Shown piece by piece: positions 11,006 to 22,929 of a DNA stretch of 64,000 nucleotides (positions are counted from its first letter, which is position 1; the number at the start of each line of letters is the position of its first letter). Made by a program: the position numbers and the translations under genes. The notes under the pieces were generated by a model. It was not told the origin of the DNA and searched no databases. It saw nothing but the letters and a program-made list of their open reading frames with translations. The DNA comes from Lama glama. Lineage: Eukaryota. Location of the stretch: the NCBI GenBank assembly GCA_028534125.1, contig CM052817.1:91638001-91702000 (forward strand). The letters run 5' to 3'.

Positions 11006-12059
11006 CTTCACATTCACTCTTACATTAAAAAAGTTTTAAGATTACGACTTTTCCTCTGAACAAATCTTTGCATACATCTCATAGATGTTAATCAATATGT
11101 TCTCTTGGCCATTATTTGCTAAATTATCTAGTGTTCCTTTCTTATTTGCAGAAATTCCAAGGATTTGAAGAAAATCAATCAGTCATCTTTGGCTGGCCTT
11201 GCTCTCTTGGTTTGCTCTGGAGGCTGAGGTCTTTTCCTCAGACCCTTGTGAATCAAAGCCATAAAGCCCTTTTTAACGGGATCACTGTGACTTGTGTGCT
11301 AAACAAGGTTAAATTGCAGTTTAGGAGGAAACAGGATTTGGAAGATGAAGGTTCAAATCCTGACCCTGCAGCTCATGCTGGTAACCCAATCAACCACCCA
11401 TTTTGAGTCTCACTTTTGTCTGCAAATGTCAGATGGAATTACGTTATCTCTCATGTCCTTTTCAATTCATGACTTTAAGAGATTTGGAATTAGTTTCAAT
11501 TAAATGGCTGAAGGATTTTTGGGCTGACTTGTTAGTAGAAGCAGCACGGCCAAATGGAAAGATCCCTGGCCTTGGCTACTGGAAAAGCTGCGTTCAACCC
11601 TGGCCCTGGGCAGCAAATGCCTGTTTCCTCACATGTTTTCTTGTGTGACACCCTCAGAGGAGAGAAAACCACATGGCCCCGGCAGCTCATTTCCTCCCTT
11701 TCATAGCAAGGAGCCAGCTCAGTTGGTCAGTAGCTGAGGGAGGAAGAGGCTGATGCTGGAGGCAGAGCTGGCTGTTTCATGGCTCAGGAAGCCCCGCTAC
11801 TACACAGTTATCTGCATGTCCCCACGCTTCTTCCTCTAAATGTGCGTAGAGCACTAGAGGCATCGAGCTTCTCTCCTGGAGTCTTTCCCTGACGTGTCTG
11901 CCTCCTACGCTGAGTCCCACATGCCTCTCTGGGGGATAATGGGATCTCAGAGCCTCACGAGCGCTCGTTACTTCTATGCTTGTAAGTTTCCCCCAGTAAA
12001 TCCTATTCTTCATTTACACCATGTGTGTGGCTACTATGGGTATCCCTGTCCTTTTTTGT

Positions 12060-12270
12060 ACAACCCATACTATTTAACAAGCCTGTAAGTGCTTTACACA
12101 CATCATTTCAGTTAATTCCCCTCAAAACAAGCTTGACTGTTAGGAGTATTATCCCCGTTTTAGAAACAGGGGAAACCCAGTGTTCAGAAGAGCACAGCAC
12201 TTTGCGGGAAGGGGCAGAGCGAGAGTTTGAATCCAAGTTGCTGGGTTCTAGGGCCTGGGCTCTTAACTCT
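12060..12270 (-). mobile_element. MIR SINE
   Basis: tattatccccgttttagaaacaggggaaac…gagtttgaatccaag…ctcttaac. Confidence 0.7.
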
Positions 12271-13490
12271 AAAAGGGCGCCAGTCACATCCTAGACATCA
12301 CAGACAATTCTCCTGCAGGTGGCTTTAAAAAAAAAATCAGTGTATTAAGATAAAATTTTAATAGCTGAAGGTAAAGTGTAAGGGATGCCTTTTCTAATTT
12401 GCCTGAAAGCACCGTGCGGACAAGCAGCAGCTCTGAAGTAATATGACTGTGTCACAGGAGGCAATTAATACATGGGGATGATTTTTTTTTTCCAAAGGAA
12501 AGGTGCAATTCAAGACACGTTCAGCACCCTTGAGAATGCAAAACCCAGTCCCAGAGGGAAGGAGGGCGGGAGGTCAGGGCCAGAGGTGGTGGTTCAGTAA
12601 GTCCAGTACATTGACATCTGAGGTCTTAAGGTCAGAACAGCCAGCACAACCGCAGCTTCGCACCCCTGCCTTACTGCTCCGTTCACAAGATTTCCCAGGT
12701 CTCGTAGGAAAATTATTGGGAGCTCCAGTGTCTGTGAGAGTTCCACAGTGCTGCTGCCTAAAGGAAATAATTTGTTATTCTATTGTTGATAGGGAAGTCT
12801 GTAACTAGGAACATCTGTTTTACACAGGCAGATTGGGGAAAATCTTCATTTTTAGGAAATTAACTTTATTATGTTTCATGAACTAAAAATGACCCTTTGG
12901 GGCCATAGTTCTGTGGGCCCACGTGGGTCTGTAGAGGTCCCCTTCACTCCTAACGGCATTTTGTTACAAAATATCCTTTAATTCTTTTCCATAAAGCTCA
13001 AATGTCCTACTTCCACAAGCTATTTTCAGTTTTTGTGAGCAAAATACTCTTCTGAGACTTGCCAGCACTCACATTAACTCTTTCCCTTCTTTGTTCCACG
13101 GCTCAGCGAATGACCAATTCTCTGGGGTCCGCGTCCAGCCCTGTCTTCTAGATTCTCCCTTGACTCCACTGTCATCTGGTTTAAACAGATTATCACTTCA
13201 GGGGAGCCAGCAGTCCTCAAAGGGCTCCCAGAGGACTTGTGATAGCCAGAGCATGTAGATGGTTTCAACACCCAGGTACGCGCATGTACTTATGCCTACT
13301 GCATGATGTACCTAAACGGTGAGGTAAGTGTTCACGTTGGGCTTGCAAAGTAAAGCACAAGACATTGCTGTCACACCTAAATGCAGATGCACAGAGAGCC
13401 ACCCAGAAACACAGGCACTCACCCATGCAGAAATAGATCCATTACCCAGAGAGAGCAGATGGATGCATGGAGGACTTCCTGCAAGAGGCA

Positions 13491-14052
13491 TATACTGAGG
13501 AGGAAGACATATACCCTTCTACCCTTCCAGGTGCTTTTGTTTGGTCTAAGAATTAAGTTGATATGAGACAGATGAACAGGAGAAAATCAAACAAGTTTAA
13601 TAACATGTACACATGAGAGAGACTCAGGAAAACTGAATAACTCACCAAAGTGGCCAAAACCCTCACCTTAAATAACATTTTCAGTTAAAGACAAAAGAGG
13701 ATGTTGGGAGTAGTGGTTTGGGACCCCAGAAGGGAGGGAGGCATTTGACATGGAGATTGAAAAGCAAATGTTTGGTGAACAAATGTTTGCCAGGCCATGC
13801 AGTGACAATGGGACCCAGAGAGGAATTTTAACAGAGTTTGCTAGGTTCCTCCCTGATGAGACACCTAGTTTGTGCTATAGTTACCTATGGTGATGCTCCC
13901 TTCCTGGAACAGGTCCTCTGTCTGCATCCTTTAGGCCATTAGGGGAAGGTCAAATATTCTTACTGAGTTTTTTGGGCCTTGATTGTTTTCAACTTGAAAT
14001 AATCAACATGCCAAAGAGATATGTCTGGGGTGGTGAATTTTGCTCCCTTACG
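13491..14052 (-). mobile_element. ERV1 solo LTR (MER34/MER39-like group)
   Basis: End motif aaataatcaacatgccaaagag…ggggtggtgaattttgctcccttac and agacagatgaacaggagaaaa are typical of this LTR group. Confidence 0.75.
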
Positions 14053-14713
14053 AAAACAAGTGCCTTCATAGTCGTGATTTAAAAGGATGCCAGGAACTAA
14101 GAGGAAGGCAAAATGGGCACAAGCTCAGAGAAGCGCACAGGCTCACAGACAGCCCAAAGCAAAATAATAGGGCCCTGGAACTGCATGTAAGTCTGCTTCT
14201 CAGCTTAAGAATCAACGAAAAGGAATAATTCTAACGATGTGCTTTGCTGTGGTTCCTCAGCACTGCCCAGAGAGGGGAGAACTTTGATCCACACACGAGT
14301 GTCCCTAGTAGGAAGGTGGTTTTGTGTAAATTGTATGAATGACTTATATGAATGTCCTTTAAACCCATGTAGTTTCCACTTTTCTGACTCCAGATTCTTC
14401 TATATTAGCCATCTGATAATTAATTTGGCTCCCTGAGAGGTCTCTACTGCTCAACTCAGCAGAATTGTAGCAATACCAAAGATAGTTCCCCTTGGAGTTT
14501 TTTGGGGGTGCTTCCTAGGCAAATATTAAATCAGCTATGTTTCCCGCTGCAAAAATAGTAAGTGTATCCTGGTACATAAGTTAGTTTCTTGAGAGTTGGG
14601 TTAATATAAATTAATTCAGTAGACTTTGAGCTAAGAAAATGTAGTTTCTTATCTTTAACATCAGCCCAAATATCATTTCCTAAAGGAATTTACACTGACC
14701 CTTTAGAAGTAAT

Positions 14714-15050
14714 CTCATTCATTCATTCATTCATTGACTCACTCATTCAACAAATATTTATTTAGCAGCTAGTATATACCAGGCCACCTTCTCAGTAGTA
14801 GGGATACATCAGAGAATAAAGCCCACAAAACTCTTGAGCTTATATTCTGGTGGAGTTAATGCTTTGGACTCTCCTTTTTTTGAGCTTCGTACAGTGTGTT
14901 GTTACTCATTTGTGTGATCATTTGATTGTCAGTTTTTCCCTCCTCTATAAGGTCCATGAGGACTGGGTCTATTTTGCAAAAGATTGCACATCTAGCCCCC
15001 ACCAGTGCCAACTTGTAAAAAGCTCTCAGTAAATATTTGTTGAATGAGGA
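14714..15050. mobile_element. L2 3' end fragments (both orientations)
   Basis: (CATT)n caacaaatatttat…ccaggc and ctcagtaaatatttgttgaatga. Confidence 0.65.
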
Positions 15051-15099
15051 AATCAGTAAATTCTCAAGGCTTCATAACTGGACCAGGTGGGATCTCTCC

Positions 15100-15440
15100 C
15101 CAAATCCAAATTCCCAAATCCAAGCCAAAAATCAACCTTGCCAGCAGGTCTTTAGAAGGACTTGCTGTGGGAACTCTTTTGCAGAGGACCTGAAGCCTCC
15201 GGCCTCCACCCCCACTGAGACTGAGCTCCCAGCTGACAGCCGTGGACAATTTGACATCCATGTGAGGAGTTGTCATGGAAACACACTCCCCCAGCCCTTA
15301 GTTAAACCACGTGGAGCAGAGACAAGCTTTCCCGTCTCAGCCCTGCCCAAGTTACAGATTTGTGAGCAAAGTAAATGATTATTCTTGGTTTTGGCTACCA
15401 AGTTCTGGGTAGATTTTTACGCAGTGGTAGGAAATCATTC
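15100..15440 (+). mobile_element. MLT1 (MaLR) LTR, 3' part
   Basis: ccagctgacagcc…agccctgcccaagttacagatttgtgagcaaa…ttttacgcagtggtag. Confidence 0.6.
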
Positions 15441-15577
15441 GCAGATTCGAAACTTCCATGTGTCCTCTTCTAAAGTTCATCATCTCCAGAACCCAGCATC
15501 AAGAACGACCTTTCTCCAAGGTCAGTCTTCACTTTACAAATTAAGGTGTAGAGTCACCCTCCTGCTTTGTCCTAGGT

Positions 15578-15782
15578 CAGGGGTCAAAAAACTTCACCTG
15601 TAAAGGGTCAGATAGTAGATATTTCAGAATTTTTGGGCCATGTATTGTCTCTTTGAATGTTCTTCGTGTGTGTGTGTTACAACCCTTTAAAAATGTAAAA
15701 ACCATTCTTAGCTTAGGGTTGTATAGAAACAGACTGGGCAGAATTTGGTTGGTACCAGTTGGCCTTAGTTTGCCAACCCCTG
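15578..15782. mobile_element. MER58 hAT MITE
   Basis: TIRs caggggtcaaaaaact / agtttgccaacccctg; degenerate 8-bp TSD tcctaggt / tcttagat. Confidence 0.85.
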
Positions 15783-16702
15783 TCTTAGATAATTAAAAAG
15801 CCTAAACTCCCCCCTCAAACCCCAGCAAACAAATAAGACAAAACCTCCAGTGCTGCAAAGAAAGGGATAATTTGAAGTAATGGTGTCAATACTGAAGAAG
15901 AGAATGACTCAAATATCTGGGTAACAAATCCTTTTGCAAGCCAGGTGTTTTCTAATTCTTTGCTCTCAACTGTATTGAAGGAGAACCCAATCAAAATTTT
16001 AGCTGATAGATCATAGAAAATAATTAGGGATGTTAGATCACTATGAGATTGTTGGTCTGTAACTTGGAAGGTATTCAGAGAATTAAGTAAAATTGCTGTT
16101 ACATAATTCATTTCATTTTCATTTACATTTAATATCAACAAAATTTTTTGGTGCCATATCTATAAAAAATAAAAACAGGGATAGAATTCATGTAGAAGCC
16201 TGTGTCATTCTAGCAGTAAGTAATATTAATTAAAAATACAAGAACTAATTGAAAAAAGCCCCATCTTATTAAGAGATACATTTCCAGTAAAATTTCACTT
16301 TTCATCTTTAATAAATATATATTTTGTTCAATTGGATACTACTAACTGTAATAACAACTTAATCCAAAATAAAATTTTAAACACTCACAGCATAATAGTT
16401 ACAGGAAATTTAAACAAATTTCAATTTCAGCCTCTGTGCAGACATTTATGACAGAGATGTGTGAAAGAATGAGTAATAAAATACTTTTAAGAATAAAATA
16501 TATTACACTAGCATAAAATTCAATGGAGGAAATAGAATGGAAATAAAAGCTCAAGGAGGAAAAGGAGCAATATAAAATTTCCAATTGTCAGAAAGAGCTT
16601 GTTCTTGTATTTTTGAAAATGGATGGTGGTGGCTCTCACATTGATGCCATTTTTAGATTCCAATGGATGCATTTAAAGGGGTAGTATGATGCTTTTATTT
16701 TA

Positions 16703-16843
16703 TTTAAAAAAAAACTTTTGGGCGGAAGGTAATTGGCTTTATTTACTTATTTATTTATTTTTTAATGGAGGTTTTGGGGATTGAACCCAGGACCTTATGC
16801 ATGCTAGGCATGCACTTGACCGCTGAGCTATACCCTTCCCTGC
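16703..16843 (-). mobile_element. tRNA-derived SINE (Vic-1-like)
   Basis: Antisense head (tgagctatacccttccc; ggattgaacccaggacc); perfect 16-bp TSD TGATGCTTTTATTTTA at 16687-16702 and 16844-16859. Confidence 0.92.
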
Positions 16844-16887
16844 TGATGCTTTTATTTTAAAATATCAGTACTTACTATACACCAGGA

Positions 16888-17073
16888 CAGCAGCCCTTAA
16901 AGTGTGGTTCCCGAGAATTCAGCGATGGGATCACTTGGGAACTTGACAGAAATGCAAATTCTCAGGCCCCATTCCGGATCCACTGAGTCAGACACTTTGA
17001 GGGTGGACCCCACTGCCTGTTTTCACCTGCTATCAGGTGATTCTGAGGCCTGCTCAAGTATGAGGACCACAGT
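16888..17073. mobile_element. MER5A hAT MITE
   Basis: aaagtgtggttccc…agaaatgcaaattctcaggcccc…caggtgattctgagg…tgaggaccac. Confidence 0.85.
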
Positions 17074-17699
17074 GCCAGCAATTACTGCCTTTGCAGTGAC
17101 TTAAACTTACTCAAAGCTTTCTTTATGTCCATTAAAAATGTGTGAGGGGACACATGGTTTTATAACAAATTGTTTGAGGCATACACAAGCAAAAATATTT
17201 GAGGGCCAGTACCCCCAAATCTGCACCACTTATATATTTAAGCTAAGGAGAGTTTTCTTCCAAGGAGGAATTAGTGGATCGGGACAAGCATTGAGGATGG
17301 TTTTGCACATAGGATTTGGACAGGCATGAGAGAGACAGGAGGATGGCAGGCAGAGAGGACAGTACAGAAAAGGCTCAGAGGTGGGCGAGCACAGGTGTGG
17401 GTGGGGGGAGTTGGGCTAGGCTGGAGCATGGGGTGTGGGGTGAGAGCAGTTGGAAATAAATCTGGAAAGACAAGATGGCAATGATGCCAGGACTTTATTT
17501 TGAGCAAAAGAAAGATGTGGTTAGAGATGTGCTTTTTTGGAAAGAGTCTCGCATAGATCAGGTGGGAGAGACTGGAGGCAGTGAGATCAGATGCTAGGGC
17601 GGCATCCTAGAGCCGGTCCTCACGCCAGGAGGCTCACCACCCTGTCTTAGCTGGAACGGTCCTTGTCTGCTATCGCTGCAAAGGTCAGGGGATGCCCAC

Positions 17700-18925
17700 T
17701 GGGGTATAATAAATATATTTGGACTTTATCCCTGGCACAGATCTCCTCACAGCCTTGGAATTTCCTGAATGACAGGAGGATCTCTTGTTCTCCATAAAAA
17801 GCCCCTTTTGAGCACGTCTGAGTTTATGCTAAGGAAGTGACTTAAGGTGGGATCCCTAGATGGCTTCAGCATGGGGTTGGTCACCAGAAAGACCAAGTGA
17901 TTAGAAGGTTGGAAATTTCAGCCCCACATAGCAACCTCTGGAAAGGGGGACGGGGCGGGGGAGCCGGGGAATAAGTGCTATAAAAACCCTCGAATGAGAT
18001 TGGATGAGCTTCTGGGTTGGTGATGCATCCACATGCCTGGAAGGTGGTGCTGTAATGGACCAGGACCCCATGGGGCCTTCCCTAGACAGCCCCCTCCCCC
18101 TTATCCTCTGCTGAGCTCCTCTCTGAGGGACCCAGATACTATTATCTCATGCATGTGTCCTGAGGTTTTCACATGCTAAAGACCACTACCAAGTGGAAGA
18201 AATTAACTACTTAAGGATCATGGGCATGTAGCCCCAGACCTTCTGGTGCCTAAGGATTGATTGTGTTAACCGCTCTGTTACCGTGACATGAACGAGTCAG
18301 AGAATTGTACACAGCTGATCACAGACCCTGGTATGCCCCTCCCTTTCCTGGCCTTTTTAATGCTTTGCTGAAACCCTTCGAGGAGGAGTTCAGCGTTTTG
18401 GGGGGCATGAATTGCCCGTCCTCCTTGCTCGGCCCTGCAGTAAACCTTTCTCTGCTCCAAACTGTGACGTTTAGGTTTGTTTGGCCTCACTGTGTGTTGG
18501 GCACACGACCTTGTATTTGGTAACAGCGCACCCCAGTCTCCAGGGACGGATGCTCCTGTGTTCGGAATCCTTCTGGACCTCGCCTTATGTACCTCTTCAT
18601 GTGGCTGCTTCTCTGAATGCTTTACAGTAAACTGACAAAGGTAAGTAAATGTTTTCTGAGTTCTCTGAGCTGCTCTAGCATGTTACTCGAACCTGAGGAG
18701 GGGGTTGTGGGAACTTCGTATTTACAACAAGTTGGTCAGAAGCACCAGAAACAGCCCGGACTTGCGATTGGTGTCTGAAATGGGGACTGTGGGACTCCAG
18801 CCCTTGGCCTGTGGGATCTGAGGTCACCTCCAGGTAGAGAGTGTCAGAATTGAGTTAAGTTTGTAGAACACCCAGTCAGGTGTCCGTTGAGAACTGGAGA
18901 ATTGCTTGGTGGTGTTGGAAAACAT
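17700..18925 (+). mobile_element. MER21-family LTR (interrupted by a younger LTR)
   Basis: ccttggaatttcctga, ggtcaccagaaagaccaag, gagcttctgggttggtga, tgagttctctgagctgctctagc, ctccaggtagagagtgtcagaattgag. Confidence 0.85.
18051..18525 (+). mobile_element. ERV1-type solo LTR nested in MER21
   Basis: TGTAA…GGTAACA termini; 4-bp TSD gtgc / gcgc; 3' part homologous to the LTR at 6760-7402. Confidence 0.85.
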
Positions 18926-20635
18926 TCCAGGCCACCCAACATGGGACAGTGTCTACCCAACCCAGGGAGACTAGCAAACCCTAGGGACAGAGAGAGTCTG
19001 TTGTTCTGAGGAAGCTGTGGTCTGTCTGTGGCTTTGGGCTCGTTTGAAATCTTGGCCATTCCCTAAGTAGAGAGCCCACCTCCTGAGATCAATGAGATGT
19101 GTGCAGAATGCCAGGAGTCGTTCAGGCAGAAGGAATTCACAAACTCCTAGAGCACTTTGTTATCTTTGTTTCCTTTAACGGAGGACTCACCAGGGAGAAG
19201 AGGCATTACATCATCAAAGCCCTCTCTCATTGGCTGCCCATTCCCCAAGGGGCAGATTCTCTTTTCAGTTGCTTAGTTCTAAGTATTATATGCAGCACAG
19301 AGGCATGTCCTGTCACTTCAGTTCCCAGATTCAATGCCTCTGATGTCATTAGGTTATGGTAAGAGAGTGAGATAACACAGCAATGGCAAATTTTAGTTGA
19401 CAGTATGATGCACCTTTGAGTAAGCTGCTCTGAGCCTCTTGTTTCCCCTTTAAGGTTGCTTTTGAGTTTGCATTGCTACGGTAAGTCATAATGCAATATA
19501 TATGAGGGACAGGGATAATGAAATTGTGACACTAGCTCTTCTATGTAGTGTCTTACAAAATGGGATGCAAATGAATTGGTTCAGTTGGTGCATTTTATCA
19601 CAAAGCTTCGATCTACAGTTCCTGCAAGGATTGCTGTCTGTGTGCTGATGAGTTTCAGGTGCCATCTCAGTTTCCATTATCTCTCTCATTTCTTGAAGGT
19701 TAATAATTGAACTGATTTTTTTAAAAAAAGTCTTATATAATTATGTTGAAGAAAAGGAGGAAATTGTCACAATTTCTTTTCCCCAGACTTGAATTTGATG
19801 TACCTTTTAGACGAGAAGAAGAATTAAAACGAATACCTCATTTTGGGGGGCAGTTAAAAAGCAACATAATTCTAAAGTGAAATTTCACTTAATCCATCAA
19901 ACAATCCCAATCAGTTGATGGAAAAAAAATGTAAAGAATAAAATTTCAGAAGGATTCTATTTAAAAATAGCCACTGGGCATGTACTGTAATAAAACTTTT
20001 AATGGCCATTTTATTTTTCAGTTCTGTGCCTATCTTTAGTGAAATTGCTTGGTGGTTAAACAGAACCAGAGTGATGGCCTGGGAGACAAAACTCCTTGGT
20101 TTTTGAAATAGTAATAAGTAGCATCCTCTGGTGATTTAGAATTTTTCTCAGAAACTTGCAGCTCCGTCTAAGCAGGCTCGCCCCAGTGCAGGCCCTTTCC
20201 CGCGGGGCTGCCACTTTTCTCCTGGCCTTCTGACGTGGGTCGGGGAAGTCCTGGGAGGTGCCGTAACTTTTCTGAGGATACACAGTCTCCGAATCAAGTG
20301 AAACTGGGGCCTGGGGACTCCTGGGGAGAGTCTGCCCTCGTACATGTGGCTCTTCCTGAGTCACACACCAGCAGTTTCCCGGTTCCAGTCCTCAGATACA
20401 GGGAGATTGCAGGGGAACCAGATCTCATGAAGCCTCTTAGTATCACACAGCTACGGTGGATCTGACTCAGGATTTTTTTTTCCCTCTCTCGCTTATACTA
20501 GTCTTCTTGGAACACGGATCAAATTCACTGCATTGATGTCCAAAAGAAGCCTTTAATAAAGTTGTGTTTTGTGAAAGGCTTTTCTAGTTTCAGAGAGGCT
20601 TTGGGGTGACTTTTTACATCCAAATGTTAAGAGTC

Positions 20636-20915
20636 AATATAGTATTGTGGTTCATAGCTCAGGCTTTGGAGTTATATTGGTTTGGGCTCCTGGATTCAAC
20701 ACTTATTAGCTGTGTGGCTTTGTTAATAGAAACTTTCTGAGCCTCAGTTTACTTTTCTGCACAATTGAGATACAGAATCGATGTCAATCTATGTCGTAAG
20801 TATGGTGTATGGATTAAATAAGATGTGTGTATATACATATACACAATATTTCATAATATATAAACATACATAATGCTTAGCACAAGGCCTAGCACATAGT
20901 AAAGACTCAAAGTGA
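20636..20915 (+). mobile_element. MIR SINE
   Basis: ggctttggag…acttattagctgtgtg…ctgagcctcagtt…gcttagcacaaggcctagcacatagtaaagactcaa. Confidence 0.8.
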
Positions 20916-22929
20916 TAAAATTTCTTCTTGTTAACACTATTATTAATCTGACCCTTTGTTCAAAAGTTCCAGACTGCTGAATCCAAAAAGGTTCAGAGAA
21001 AACTCTCTGCAAGACAGCCCAGCAGTGAGAGAAATGGGGGAGAGAAAGAAGTACATTTGGTTTCTCCTTAGGGAGTCACTGTCTTTACTTGATTCTGGGA
21101 GGCTGGGGCCAGGCTGGAACAATTCACTGATGTCCCCCAGCCCCACCTTGAGAAAGCTGAGGGTTTTCTGTTGGGTACAAGGGTATTGAGGTCCACAGAG
21201 GAGCTGGGGGGTGACTCTCTTCCAAAGGGCTCTGTTCTATTTCCCCAACAATTTCTGTCTTTTGCTGGAACTGGAAAGAGTCTACTGGGCTTTCATATTA
21301 GCAAATACAACATTTCCAGCCCTTAAAGAAAAAAGTCTTGTATCTCAATTGGGGACAGAGTGGAGACTCAGATGATTCTGGTGAGGAAGGTTAGCCTTTG
21401 GTCCCGTCAGTTGAGTCATAACTACTGACCTTCTGAGGCCTGCAGCGCCTTCTGGGGAACACAGGTCCCTACTGACCTTGAGGACGACTCCCTATAAAGG
21501 GCTAAACGAAGGCTGTTTCCAGAACTGCCTCCCACCCAGGCAGCTTGACTTCATCCCTGGGGAGAAAAGGGCTTTGTGCCTGAATTGAAAGGGCTTGTGA
21601 CTAAGGCTTGTGACATTCTGAGGCTCAAGGACCCTTGTGTTAGTCCTCTAACTGAGTGTAACCAGGGAATGTTCTGACCTCGCAGGAGGAGGAGGAGGCT
21701 TGTCTCCCGCGTGGAGTTTTAGAGCCGTTCCAGCCCCACGGGCACCCAGGCAGGGCAATGGCTCTGAGCAGTCACCAGGTTGGAAGGGCTTTTCTGGTGT
21801 CAGGGTTGAGGGCCCTTCTCAGCCAAGCTTGCAATTTTAGGGACACTATAAATACACACCCTGGGGATTCCCAAATGCACTCATGGGAGGGGAATTTTGA
21901 TGTCAAGCTGGTGGAGGCTGTGAGTCATGGAGATTTCCATATTAATATTGATGAAATCTCATTTGTGGGCACAGACCAGTGAAGCCTGAGATATTGCGGC
22001 TGCAGAGACACAGAAACAATTTCCACAAGATGTATTCTCCAGGACTTACTTGATTCTCTAATTTAACCATTTATTATCATTTGCAAAAAAGCCAAAAACC
22101 ACTGAAGATTTAAGCTGTGTCTTCGGGATGCTCATCTGGTGGAAAATCCAACCATCGCTTCATGCTGCTTTCCCCCTTGAATGACAAGCTGCTTGTTTAA
22201 CACCATTGATTGATTTGACCAGATGTTTGGCACCGTGTCACAGACTTCAGTCACCATAGTGGCATTTTTTCACTTGTCTAAGTGTTGTCTTGGTTCCTGA
22301 GGTGACTACATGGTTCTCTAGCAATAGTTTAGAACCTCTGTAAACAATTTCTCTGAGTGATTCCCCTCATAGTCCCTTTAAGGATAACAAGGCTTCTGCC
22401 TCCAGCATCTCAGGGCTCCGTCCTGGTGGTTTCTCATACCTTGTGTGGGGCTGAGACAGACGGCTTCCTTTCCCTTCGGTTGCAAATGCACTAAACACCG
22501 ACCCGATGGAAAAGCTCTGCTGATCAAAATAATAATGACACACTTAGAAAGCATACTTCATTTTAGGTAACTTTAGGGTATTTGTGATGATTTCAATCAG
22601 AGGCCACTGGCTTTCCCACATCATAAAAGAGGAGGGACATGAAAATTGCACAATCTTGTTACAGGAAACTGCGGAGGAAATTTCAATTTTTACCTGAAAA
22701 CTGAGGTCTGAGAGTTTGCCGCGGTCAGAATATGGAGTTGATCACTCCTTCCTCCTTGAAGCAGTTTCTCCACGCAGCTTCTGGAAACTGCCACTCTCCT
22801 GTTTCTCCTCCTACTTGCCTGGCTGCTCCCCTCAGCTCTTAGCTGGGTCCTCCGAGGGCTGGCATGGCTCCCTGCTCCCCTGTTCCTTCGTGGGTCTTGT
22901 GGCTTCCACGCTGCCTGTGTCCCGGTCCC

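Larger units (their letters stand above)
15880..17212 (+). mobile_element. Charlie (hAT) DNA transposon fossil, 3' part with dead transposase
   Basis: Frame from 15918 reads WVTNPF…LSTVLKENPIKILADRS*KII…RSL*DCW…ELSKIAVT*, resembling the hAT C-terminal dimerisation region. Charlie-like terminus near 17210. Confidence 0.7.
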
